This document shows positions 1-9,514 of a stretch of 64,000 nucleotides of DNA, one piece after another (position 1 is the stretch's first letter; each line of letters begins with the position of its first letter). Made by a program: the position numbers and the translations under genes. The notes beneath the pieces are model-generated. The model was given only the letters and a program-made list of their open reading frames with translations. It did no database searches and had not been told where the DNA came from. Location of the stretch: the NCBI GenBank assembly GCA_048940445.1, contig JBHLON010000015.1:9837-73836 (forward strand). The letters are read 5' to 3'. Source of the DNA: Promethearchaeota archaeon (GTDB taxonomy: Archaea > Asgardarchaeota > Lokiarchaeia > Sigyniarchaeales > SOKP01).

Positions 1-1
1 T

Positions 2-226
2 ACTGAAGATTTAGTTAGTTCAATTAATAAACTGCATGAAAAAATTCAATTTAATTTAGAACAATTTAAAATTAAGCGAGACGAAGTTGAGAGACTTTCA
101 GATGTGGACATTGAATCCATGTCGAGCGAATTTAAAAAAGTATTAGGTTTATTGGAGTTACAAATTAAAGAATACCAACTTAAAAGACTTGCCGATGAAT
201 ACGTTCATCAGCATAGAATTCTTTAA
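2..226 (+). CDS. 3' end of a helical/coiled-coil hypothetical protein (truncated by window start)
   Basis: Open frame 2 reads TEDLVSSINKLHEKIQFNLEQF...LADEYVHQHRIL to TAA at 224-226, 30 nt before the actin-related gene; absent from the ORF track. Confidence 0.75.
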   Translation, partial: TEDLVSSINKLHEKIQFNLEQFKIKRDEVERLSDVDIESMSSEFKKVLGLLELQIKEYQLKRLADEYVHQHRIL

Positions 227-256
227 TTTTGGAATTAATATGTAATAAGATTATTT

Positions 257-1399
257 ATGTCATCGAAATTAAGAGACCAAACTGCTCCTTTAATAATTGA
301 CATTGGGACTTCAAATTCCAGAATAGGATGGGCGGGTGATGACTTTCCAGATATTGTTGCTCCAAGTGTATATGTTGACGTTTCTGATTATTTATTCACA
401 TCTGATGTTATTGAAGGACTAGAAGAATTGTTTTTAAAGAAGGAACAGATCTCTCATTTAGTTGGACATCAAGCATTAAAATATCAAAATATTCTAAAAG
501 TTCATGAATTTAAAAAAGAAAATAATTTTAACATTCTTCTTAAATTTTTTTTGTATTATTACAAACAGTTAAAAATTGATGATGAATATCAATTTAAACA
601 ACCTTTAGTTATCTTATCTCCGTTTTTCATATCAGATTTGGAGAAATCAAAATTACAAGATCTGTTTTTTAATTCCTTAAAATTTCCCTCAATTCTTTTC
701 TTAAATGAAAGTCAAGCTATCCTTTCCACACTTCAAAAAGATAGCGGTGTTATAGTGAGTATGGGTGAATCCCATACTTATATATCTACAATTTTTCATG
801 GTTTTACAAATATAATGGCTAAAGACGTTTTTCCAATTGCGGGTAAAGATTTAACAAATTATTTCTTGAATTTGATTTTAACCCGCATTAGTACATCGAA
901 AAATATTTATATAGATAAACCGATTGCAAAAGAAATTAAGGAAAAGCTATCATTATGTGTTTTAAATCCTCAAGAGGAACAAAAAAGAGTGAAAAGTGGT
1001 TTTACAAAATATGATAGAGTGATCGATCTTCCTGATGGATCTAACTTAAAAATAAATTTAGAACGTTTCTTACTATCTGAACCCTTATTTAATCCAAAAT
1101 TAGCTCATATCGATTATATTGATCTTGGGGAAGCAATTTCAAAAGTAATTAAAACATGGGAAAGAGAAAATTGGGAAGAATTGTTAACTAATATTATATT
1201 ATCGGGTGGAGGGAGTTTAATTACGGGATTAGATCAAAGAATTCGAATGGAATTACAAAAGCACTTTTCCGAAAAATTAAATGATAAAATTAAGGTTATA
1301 GCTGCTTCTGGTAGAGAGAATATGGGTTGGATAGGTGCTTCTATCCTATATACAAAAGGAAAGCTGGATAAAGGCTGGATTGATAACCCTGACTTTTAA
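257..1399 (+). CDS. Actin-related protein (divergent Asgard Arp)
   Basis: IIDIGTSNSRIGWAGDDFP (actin DNGSG..KAGFAGDDAP), AGKDLTNYF, AKEIKEKL, LPDG, ERFLLSEPLFNP, NIILSGGGS, WIGASIL. Confidence 0.93.
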   Translation: MSSKLRDQTAPLIIDIGTSNSRIGWAGDDFPDIVAPSVYVDVSDYLFTSDVIEGLEELFLKKEQISHLVGHQALKYQNILKVHEFKKENNFNILLKFFLYYYKQLKIDDEYQFKQPLVILSPFFISDLEKSKLQDLFFNSLKFPSILFLNESQAILSTLQKDSGVIVSMGESHTYISTIFHGFTNIMAKDVFPIAGKDLTNYFLNLILTRISTSKNIYIDKPIAKEIKEKLSLCVLNPQEEQKRVKSGFTKYDRVIDLPDGSNLKINLERFLLSEPLFNPKLAHIDYIDLGEAISKVIKTWERENWEELLTNIILSGGGSLITGLDQRIRMELQKHFSEKLNDKIKVIAASGRENMGWIGASILYTKGKLDKGWIDNPDF

Positions 1400-1425
1400 C
1401 CTAAAATTATAGTGAGTACATAATT

Positions 1426-4002
1426 ATGAACGCAAACTTAAGTAAAAAAAGCAATTTTTTAGAGGATTTCCAACAGAAAGTAATACAAGGTAGACGTTTA
1501 TTACAATCAGGAAACCATAGGTGGGCAGATAGATTATTAACTGATCTTTATTTTGAGATTGAAAAAAATGATTGGTTGGATATTCAGAAAAAACATCAAT
1601 TGATGATGATCATCTCAAATTCTTGGTGGATGTACATTAATTCCCTGATTCAAAGAAAAGAAGGAAAAATTGATTTTGATATAATTAAATATATTGATGC
1701 GTATAAACGATTCTTTTCATTTTTATCAAAGATTGATGATTTTTATCTTTTTAATAACTTTGGAACTATGCTTCTTAAATCATTTATTAACTTAAAAGAA
1801 TTATCCCAACAAGGGATTACTAAATATATAAATTCGTTTAGTGCAAAAGTTATAGAAAAGGAAGAATTTCAAAAGTTAATTGAATTGCAGATTTTGCTAA
1901 TGTATTTGAGAAAATCTGTTCTACCTCAAGAATTTTTTCATTATGCCACAGAAATATTAGGAAGAACTCTTTTTAAACTAGAACCGAATAAGAGAGCATT
2001 ATTCTTATTTATTTTTTTAGAAAATGTAAATTATAAATATAATCTTTTGGAAGATTCATCAGAATTCGTCCAAATCATAACTAAAATTTTAGCCAATCGT
2101 CTCCCAGGATACTTAAAGGATGAATTCAGTAAATTAAGCAGAATTTCGATAAACGAAAGAAATTTTGAAGAGATTTTAGTAGATCTTGAGGATTTAATTT
2201 TTTATTTGAATAATATTGGAGAATTTTCATGGATAATGATCATAATTAAAAATCTCTTCGAAAAAGTACAGAAATTTCAATCTTTTGTTGATGCAATTTC
2301 TTATATAAGAAAATTTATAGATTTTGCCATTACACGTAATAGGTTTGAGATAGCATTCGAAATTTATGACTTTCTTGAAGATTTATTTATGACACAAACT
2401 GATTTAGGATACGATAAGGTCTTAATTGAATTATGGGTTGAAGCTTGTAAGAAATTCGTTGATATGAAGGAAAAAAGATATCTCTTACAGGCTCTAGAAA
2501 AACTAAACACTCATTTAAAAATACCTCAAACTAACTCTCAATTACTTCATTATTTTTTAACTTGCAATTATCTATGGCAATTTAATTCGATATTTTTTTC
2601 ATTAGAATCTAAGGATTTTTGGCGTATGATGTTCTATCGTGCCTTATTTGAAGAAAAAGATTATGATCTTGCTCGTAAGATTATTGAATATTTAGATAAA
2701 AATATCAGATCTGTTATTTTAGATCCTGCTATTTTATATAATGAAACTGAATCATTACAACAAAATATGTATACATTTGAAGAAAAATCCTTCCATTTTG
2801 AATTAGAACAATTCTTTATAAAGCAAATAATTTTTCGAATTAATAGAGACGGTTTAATATCTTATAGAATGATGTCAGAAGATGGTAAAGTCATCGATGG
2901 AAGAGTTTTAAATGAATATTGGAATGATGCACAAATTAATGAAATTTATAATGATATCTTTTCTGATAATAGAGATAAGAAATATGATTTCGATCTCATG
3001 GAATTTGGTAAATTACTATATGTTTTTCTCCCTAAACCGATAAGAAAACTTTTAAGACGATTTGAAATTAAAACTTTAACATTTGTACCAGAAATCTATT
3101 TTATACTCGATCAAATGACGATTCCTTTTGAATTAATTTATGATAATAATTTCTTTTTATTGAAATATTCAATAGGATATATAATCGGTGAAACACCTTT
3201 AGGAGGAGTCAAATTTGAGAAGGATATAAAAGAAGAAATTACTAATAGTTTACAAAAATATCATGTATTATTAATTGACTCTGTAAATTCTCTCGGACCA
3301 TTCAGGTGGAACGAAACTACGAAGAGTAAAGAATTAATTTTTCCATTTGCCTCTGGTTCTAACGAGATAAATTTTATTACCGAATTTTTTAATAAAAGAA
3401 ATGAAGTTGAAAGTATCACAATATTAACAGGAATTAATTCTACAAAAGAAGCTATATTATCAAATGTAACAAAGAGTCCAAATCATGTTATTCATTTTGT
3501 TGGAAATCTTTTTTACTCACATTGGAATCCAAATGATAGTTTTTTCATCACAAATGATAATCAAATAATTACGATAAAGGAAATTCTTTATTCGATAAGA
3601 AGAAATTCTTCAAGCATTAAACCATTCTTATTTTTCAATACGCAAGTTTTTGATATTAATGGAAAAAAGATTAAGAATGCCCCCAACAGTTTAGGAGATG
3701 TTGCGAAACAGTTTGATTATGAAGAAATTACTGGTATTGTGACTCGAAATTATCCTATATTTGATGATGAGACAAAAGAAATTAACGCTAATTTTTATAT
3801 TAACTTATTTAGCAAAAACAATCAAGGGATATCACTTTTAAAAGCACGCCAAATTTGTATGTCTAATAGAGTAACTAAACTTGTAGAAAGCAAAGTTAAA
3901 GATTTAAGTGATACAAAAGGAAGTATGAGTATTGATTTGCAAAGCTCTTTAGCTATTTCAAGTTACATGCTTTTCGGAAAACCTTGGAAAAAGTTAAGTT
4001 AA
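1426..4002 (+). CDS. Alpha-helical solenoid plus C-terminal CHAT (caspase-like) domain, probably inactive
   Basis: CHAT-like motifs FGKLLY..LP, IPFELIYD, HVIHFVGN (cf. lHFaGHG), FFNTQ (cf. fLNAC), SLLKARQ, YMLFGKP (cf. fvlyGDP). Confidence 0.7.
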   Translation: MNANLSKKSNFLEDFQQKVIQGRRLLQSGNHRWADRLLTDLYFEIEKNDWLDIQKKHQLMMIISNSWWMYINSLIQRKEGKIDFDIIKYIDAYKRFFSFLSKIDDFYLFNNFGTMLLKSFINLKELSQQGITKYINSFSAKVIEKEEFQKLIELQILLMYLRKSVLPQEFFHYATEILGRTLFKLEPNKRALFLFIFLENVNYKYNLLEDSSEFVQIITKILANRLPGYLKDEFSKLSRISINERNFEEILVDLEDLIFYLNNIGEFSWIMIIIKNLFEKVQKFQSFVDAISYIRKFIDFAITRNRFEIAFEIYDFLEDLFMTQTDLGYDKVLIELWVEACKKFVDMKEKRYLLQALEKLNTHLKIPQTNSQLLHYFLTCNYLWQFNSIFFSLESKDFWRMMFYRALFEEKDYDLARKIIEYLDKNIRSVILDPAILYNETESLQQNMYTFEEKSFHFELEQFFIKQIIFRINRDGLISYRMMSEDGKVIDGRVLNEYWNDAQINEIYNDIFSDNRDKKYDFDLMEFGKLLYVFLPKPIRKLLRRFEIKTLTFVPEIYFILDQMTIPFELIYDNNFFLLKYSIGYIIGETPLGGVKFEKDIKEEITNSLQKYHVLLIDSVNSLGPFRWNETTKSKELIFPFASGSNEINFITEFFNKRNEVESITILTGINSTKEAILSNVTKSPNHVIHFVGNLFYSHWNPNDSFFITNDNQIITIKEILYSIRRNSSSIKPFLFFNTQVFDINGKKIKNAPNSLGDVAKQFDYEEITGIVTRNYPIFDDETKEINANFYINLFSKNNQGISLLKARQICMSNRVTKLVESKVKDLSDTKGSMSIDLQSSLAISSYMLFGKPWKKLS

Positions 4003-4084
4003 AGCTAAATTTCTTTTAACAAATATTTATAAAAATTTGGTATTTTAGATAGTATATAAAAATTAATTTAATTAAGATTTAGTT

Positions 4085-4624
4085 TTGTCAGAAAATAGAC
4101 TTATTGAGCTTCGGATTGAAAACCAGAACCTTAAGAGACAAGTACAAGATTTAGAAAGTAAAGTTTTAACCCTAGTAGGGATGGTGAATTTAGTTTCTTC
4201 AGGTGGCCCAGATGTGAAATATCGATTAAATGATGAATTGATTGAATTTTTTAATTCAACAAATACACAGTTGAATATAGTATCTCCAAAAGTGGATAAT
4301 TTTTACGCTATAGAGTTAAAAAGATTAGCAAAAAGGGAAATTCCAATTTTAATGATTACAAATGATAGAGGGGGGATTCCAAAAGGTTATCAAGAAGTTT
4401 ACGATGATCTAAAACAAACAGAGGGAATAAATATAATAAATAATCCTAATGTAAGATACTTATTGGTATTTAATTCTGAAAAAGCTATGTATTCGGGGGG
4501 ATCATTAGATAAGGATGAATTAGAAAAATCCGTATTAATTGTAACCACCGTGAAAGAAACAACAAAATTAAGAAGCATTGCACAGATTTTTAGTATGATG
4601 CTTCCAACTTTTATGAGAAAATAA
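4085..4624 (+). CDS. Coiled coil plus PLD-fold domain lacking the HKD motif
   Basis: N-terminal heptads ENQNLKRQVQDLESKV; LNIVSP, ILMITN, and VRYLLVFNSEKAMYSGGSL align with PLD HxKxxxxD...GSxNL. Confidence 0.6.
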   Translation: MSENRLIELRIENQNLKRQVQDLESKVLTLVGMVNLVSSGGPDVKYRLNDELIEFFNSTNTQLNIVSPKVDNFYAIELKRLAKREIPILMITNDRGGIPKGYQEVYDDLKQTEGINIINNPNVRYLLVFNSEKAMYSGGSLDKDELEKSVLIVTTVKETTKLRSIAQIFSMMLPTFMRK

Positions 4625-4649
4625 TCTAGAGTTAAAGGCTTAAGTTAAG

Positions 4650-4781
4650 ATGATTCAGAATTTAGATAAAGAGGAAGAAAATAATGAGCATTTTAATGAA
4701 ACAGAATTAAAAATTAGCTCTGAGGAAAATTTTGACTGGGATTGGATATTTGATAAAGGATGGTTGAGAATAAAAAAGTAA
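4650..4781 (+). CDS. Candidate 43-aa acidic, Trp-rich micro-protein
   Basis: ATG 4650 to TAA 4779-4781: MIQNLDKEEENNEHFNETELKISSEENFDWDWIFDKGWLRIKK; fills the gap between two + strand genes. Confidence 0.4.
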   Translation: MIQNLDKEEENNEHFNETELKISSEENFDWDWIFDKGWLRIKK

Positions 4782-6922
4782 TAAATTCTGATTTCATAGT
4801 TAAATATTTTGGGCTAAACTCCCAAATCTATAAAGAAGGTGTTAAAAATCTAAAAAAGATTACTAAAGAGTCCAATTTGCAAGAAAGGTTCAGGAGTCTC
4901 AAAAATCTTTATGGCAAAATATACAGCATTGAACCTACTCAAGATTTACTTATTAAGTATTCTTATTATATCCAAGTCCTAAGATTAATCTTAATTAAAA
5001 AATTAAGTAGTATAAGAGGAATAGACTTTAAAAAACTTTATTATTCTGATTTAGATACTGATTTCAATGAATTTAAGGAATTTTATGTTGATTTTTTAGA
5101 GAAATCTACATTAGAAAAAATGTTTGTATTATTAGAAAATGTTAATTTTTCAAATGAAGATTTGTTTCATGAGCTTTATCAAGAAATATTTTTTTCAGCA
5201 ACTAGACACCAATTAGGAGAGTTCTACACTTGTAAGAATCTAGTAAAGATGATGGTTGATAACTTTTATGAAATAAGGAAAAAAGTTTTAGATCCTGCTT
5301 GTGGTTCAGGCACATTTTTAGTCGAAATACTATTAAAAATAATAAGTTCTGAAGAAACTAAAGATGTAAGTAAAATTGATGCAATTAATAATGTTTATGG
5401 GTTTGATGTCAATCCAATAGCAGTTTTAACTGCTAAAGTTAACCTTAAAATTATTATTCTTGATTATTTTAGACTTGACGTACATAAACTACAAGGACCT
5501 ATAATATATTTCAAAGATGCTCTTTTTTTTAGTAAAGAAGAAAAACTGAATCTGGAAAATGCATTTGATTTAATAATAGGTAACCCTCCATGGCTTACAT
5601 ATAAAGATATTTACAATAAGGATTATCAACAAAAAATAAGAGATTTAGCTGATACTTTAGATATTAAACCTCCAAGCCAATATATCACTCATATTGAATT
5701 AGCTGCGATATTCTTCTATGCAATTCCAATAAAATATTTAAGAGACTACGGTAAAATATTCTTTGTAATTACTAAAAGTGTGCTAAATGGAGATCATTGC
5801 TATAAATTTAGAAAATTTTCAATTTTTGATAATCTAGAGATTTGGGATTTCCCCAAGAATTATTTCTTTAATATTGATCACATCTGCCTCAAGGCAAGAT
5901 ATATTGGGAAAAATTATAAAAAAACCTTAGAAGAGAAATTTCCGATCACTGCTAAAATCTATAATGATAATTTAAAACTCTTAGAAACAACCAGATACGA
6001 TAGTATTGGATTAGAAAAAGACGGTGCAAAAATAATACTTCCTAAAACAGAGCGAGATGCCCTAAATAAACTATCAATCAGCAATTACAAGAAATTATTC
6101 TTCCAAGGAGCTACTTTAGTTCCGAGAAGTCTTGTTTTCTTTAAAATTAATAGCGAGAAAGATAAATTTCTGCAAATATCTTCAGATCCGGATATCTTAT
6201 CACGCGCTAAGAAAAATTGGATTTTCAAATTTGAGAATAGAGAAATAGAAAAAAATTTTGCTTTTCAGACGTTTCTTAATAAAGATCTAATTCCTTTTTA
6301 TATAAAGAAGCTTCGCAATATATTTTTACCTATTAATGAAAATTTTGAATTCAATATGTTAAATTTAGAGAAATTTCCAAAAGCATATGAATTTTACAAT
6401 GAATTAAATAAAATCTATCAGAGCAAAAAGAAAGCTACGAGTAAAATTAAGACTTTATTTTCAAACCTTAATTATTGGAATAAGCTTTCGAAGCAATCAA
6501 ATAATAAACGTTTTATTGTGATATATAATGCAAGTGGATCGATGATTAAATCTGCAGTACTTGATAATCAAGAAAAAAATGCATTCATCGGGTCAGAAAA
6601 CTACTATTTTTCCACAGACTTATCTAATGAAGCATATTTTCTCTCATCAATTCTTAATTCTAATATACTCAGTAAAAACATAAAAATAATTAAATCTAGC
6701 AGACATATTCATAAAAGACCTTTTTCGTTTCCAATACCAATTTATAATAATGATAATCTTCTCCATCGTAATTTAGCTAATAAGGGAAAAAAATATGAAT
6801 CTGTTGTTCAAGATCTTTTTTTTAATAATCCTAAGATTAATGCATCAAAAGTCAGGATCTTCATTAACAGGAAACTTCAAAAACTTGACACACTCACAAA
6901 ACAAGTAGTATTTGGATTATGA
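4760..6922 (+). CDS. N6-adenine DNA methyltransferase (gamma class, Eco57I/TaqI-like)
   Basis: LGEFYT, VLDPACGSGTFL, GFDVNP, IIGNPPW; C-terminal target-recognition region. Confidence 0.88.
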   Translation: MVENKKVINSDFIVKYFGLNSQIYKEGVKNLKKITKESNLQERFRSLKNLYGKIYSIEPTQDLLIKYSYYIQVLRLILIKKLSSIRGIDFKKLYYSDLDTDFNEFKEFYVDFLEKSTLEKMFVLLENVNFSNEDLFHELYQEIFFSATRHQLGEFYTCKNLVKMMVDNFYEIRKKVLDPACGSGTFLVEILLKIISSEETKDVSKIDAINNVYGFDVNPIAVLTAKVNLKIIILDYFRLDVHKLQGPIIYFKDALFFSKEEKLNLENAFDLIIGNPPWLTYKDIYNKDYQQKIRDLADTLDIKPPSQYITHIELAAIFFYAIPIKYLRDYGKIFFVITKSVLNGDHCYKFRKFSIFDNLEIWDFPKNYFFNIDHICLKARYIGKNYKKTLEEKFPITAKIYNDNLKLLETTRYDSIGLEKDGAKIILPKTERDALNKLSISNYKKLFFQGATLVPRSLVFFKINSEKDKFLQISSDPDILSRAKKNWIFKFENREIEKNFAFQTFLNKDLIPFYIKKLRNIFLPINENFEFNMLNLEKFPKAYEFYNELNKIYQSKKKATSKIKTLFSNLNYWNKLSKQSNNKRFIVIYNASGSMIKSAVLDNQEKNAFIGSENYYFSTDLSNEAYFLSSILNSNILSKNIKIIKSSRHIHKRPFSFPIPIYNNDNLLHRNLANKGKKYESVVQDLFFNNPKINASKVRIFINRKLQKLDTLTKQVVFGL

Positions 6923-7081
6923 ATTTATTAATAAATTATTAAAGAAGGCTCTAAATTGATTTTAGGAAAATTTCTAATTTTAACCAAATCTAATAGTATA
7001 AATTACAAAGGTTTTTCTTTTAAAAACAATTTTAATATTTGACGAGAGAGAAAAAAGAAGAATTTTAAGGTTATTTTAAAA

Positions 7082-8230
7082 TTGAGTTTCAAAGAATTAG
7101 GCATTAGTGAATTTTTAGTTAATGCTTTGCAAAAATTAGAGATTAATCGACCAACTCCAGTGCAAAAAACTGCTATTCCTGTAATATTAAATGGTCAACA
7201 TATAATGGTTCAAGCTAAGACAGGAAGTGGGAAAACATTAGCCTTCCTATTACCTATTATTGAAAGATTAAGTGGCAAATCTAATGAGGTTTTAATTTTA
7301 GAGCCTACTAGAGAGCTTGCAAAGCAAGTAGATCAAGTATTAAAGGAATTAGGAAATCATACTATTAAATCGACAACTATCTATGGAGGAGTATCAATAG
7401 ATCGCCAGATTAATGATCTAGAGAATGGAGTTAACTTTATTTGTGGAACCCCGGGAAGACTTATTGATATTTATAAAAGAAAGAAATTAGATTTTAAAAA
7501 TATAAAGTTTGTCGTTATTGATGAGGCAGATCGTTTATTTGACATGGGATTTGCCCCTGATGTCAACTATATTTTAAGTAAAATTAAAACAAAATATCAA
7601 TTTATGCTCTTTTCAGCAACACTTTATTCTGAGATTAGAAAATTAGTGAAAAAGCATTCTAAAAATGATTTTAAATTCATCAATCTGAGTAAAGATGATT
7701 TAACAGTAGGTAATACCAAACAATATTATTATTTAATAGATAGATTCGAACAGAAATTTGGCACATTTCTAAAGATTTTAAAATTTGAGAATCCTAAACA
7801 TACTTTAGTATTTGTAAATACTAAAAAAACAGCTTCATGGTTGGTAAGCAAGTTAAAATCAAGAAAAGATTTTAATTTTCAAGTAGATATGATTTCTGGG
7901 AGATTAACACAACATATGCGTGAAAAAATTTTAAAATCTTTTAGAGAACATAGAATCAATATGTTAATTGCCACAGATGTCGCTGCTAGAGGTTTGGATA
8001 TTGAAGATATTACTCATATAGTTAACTATGATGTCCCGAAGTATCCTGATGTATATATACATCGGATTGGAAGAACTTCAAGAATGAATAAACGTGGCAC
8101 GGCTATTACATTATGTTTGGCAGATGAATATGAGTATCTTTGTCATATTGAAGGTTTAATCAATAAAGAAATCCAGCAAAAAACCATAGAAAAGAAAGAT
8201 ACTAGGCGATTTCATAATCCTTTCTATTAA
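7082..8230 (+). CDS. DEAD-box RNA helicase
   Basis: AKTGSGKT, PTRELA, TPGRL, DEAD, SAT, ARGLD, HRIGRTSR; TTG start. Confidence 0.95.
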   Translation: MSFKELGISEFLVNALQKLEINRPTPVQKTAIPVILNGQHIMVQAKTGSGKTLAFLLPIIERLSGKSNEVLILEPTRELAKQVDQVLKELGNHTIKSTTIYGGVSIDRQINDLENGVNFICGTPGRLIDIYKRKKLDFKNIKFVVIDEADRLFDMGFAPDVNYILSKIKTKYQFMLFSATLYSEIRKLVKKHSKNDFKFINLSKDDLTVGNTKQYYYLIDRFEQKFGTFLKILKFENPKHTLVFVNTKKTASWLVSKLKSRKDFNFQVDMISGRLTQHMREKILKSFREHRINMLIATDVAARGLDIEDITHIVNYDVPKYPDVYIHRIGRTSRMNKRGTAITLCLADEYEYLCHIEGLINKEIQQKTIEKKDTRRFHNPFY

Positions 8231-9084
8231 GCATTAACCTGCTTTTCAGAAAATACTCTCTCTAAAAATTTATGGAATTCTTTAGAGTTTTTTTCTAAGT
8301 CTTGTATAGCTTTAGTAAAATGATTTTTTATGAACTCTTTAATGAGTTTGTTTTTCAGAATTACTAGATTGTTTATTGTTTTAAATTCTTTCGCTAAATG
8401 AACGTTAAAAGGTGCTTCTTTTCTTCCTCTTATCTTTGGAATATAAACAATATAGCATTTAAATAAAGTGCTAATAAGATGGTTGAAATTATTATGAGGA
8501 AATTTTTTATTATACCAACTTTTTAATTCTCTTATTGGTATGGATTTATTAGATAACAGATTCAGCGTTTCTATAACTTCTTGTTTTTCTAATAGTGAAG
8601 ATATATTATACTCTTTTAGATTATTCTCGGTTTCATCTTCTATTGCTAAGTAGAATTCTTGAATCCAGTCTTTAATTAAATTAAAATTAGATTCTATTTC
8701 CCTATGAGAAGAATGGCCATCTTCTTCTGTATTTCTATAAAAACCCCTAAAAATATATTTCTTTGCTTTTAACCATTCTATAAATTCAATGCAAATTGTA
8801 AATAACGCTTTTTCAAGCTCAACGGAAACAGGCTGTTGAAATATTATTGAAATCATTAAAAACTCTTTCTTTCCACGAGCCCACTCTGAATCAATTTCAA
8901 AATAATAGTTTAATGTATAAGATGAATTGAATGAATGGGTAAAAAATCCTTCTGAAATGATTTGATCCATCAAGCTAGAGATAATTGAAGCATTTTCTTC
9001 TTTCAATTTATGCTCTGGATAAGAATAGAATACACAAGGTCCCAATTTTCGATCAAAATAGGAGATTGCAATTAAGAATTGCAT
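8227..9084 (-). CDS. Longin/uDENN-like domain protein
   Basis: SYFDRKLGPCVFYSYP and EWARGKKEFLMISII resemble NPRL2/folliculin-type longin domains; possible C-terminal winged helix. Confidence 0.6.
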   Translation of the reverse strand: MQFLIAISYFDRKLGPCVFYSYPEHKLKEENASIISSLMDQIISEGFFTHSFNSSYTLNYYFEIDSEWARGKKEFLMISIIFQQPVSVELEKALFTICIEFIEWLKAKKYIFRGFYRNTEEDGHSSHREIESNFNLIKDWIQEFYLAIEDETENNLKEYNISSLLEKQEVIETLNLLSNKSIPIRELKSWYNKKFPHNNFNHLISTLFKCYIVYIPKIRGRKEAPFNVHLAKEFKTINNLVILKNKLIKEFIKNHFTKAIQDLEKNSKEFHKFLERVFSEKQVNA

Positions 9085-9202
9085 TAAGTTGTTTATGACT
9101 TTATTTTAATCTAATTATTTAAGACATATAACCCTCTAATAAAAAACTGAATATTATTTAGATACTTATCAACGGGATTTTCTTAGAGAAATAATTGAGA
9201 AA

Positions 9203-9514
9203 TTAAATAATTCCTTCTTCATTTTTATCATTCCATTGTCTTTTTTTTTTGGTGTTATCAAAAAATAAATTCTTTTTTACTTTAAACTCAATCCTACGTA
9301 AGGTATCCTGCAGTTCCAGAGTATCATAATCCTTCATAAGTAAATCTATCAAACTTGTTTTTACGGCATTTAAATTATCAACACCACATTTATAATATAC
9401 GCTATCTGGATCTAACCCTAAGTTTAAAACCTCAAATAACCCATTTAAAGCCTCTTTAAGTTTATCATAATACTCCCAAGCATCATCATTACAATCGATA
9501 TTTGAATCACTCAT
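9203..9514 (-). CDS. Hypothetical protein
   Basis: 103-aa ORF with ATG start and upstream GTGAG SD-like sequence; no recognisable motif. Confidence 0.65.
   Translation of the reverse strand: MSDSNIDCNDDAWEYYDKLKEALNGLFEVLNLGLDPDSVYYKCGVDNLNAVKTSLIDLLMKDYDTLELQDTLRRIEFKVKKNLFFDNTKKKRQWNDKNEEGII

Noticed and set aside
257-1399. Calling the actin homologue Lokiactin or bona fide actin
   Set aside because: Too divergent in the phosphate-2 loop, D-loop and sensor loop
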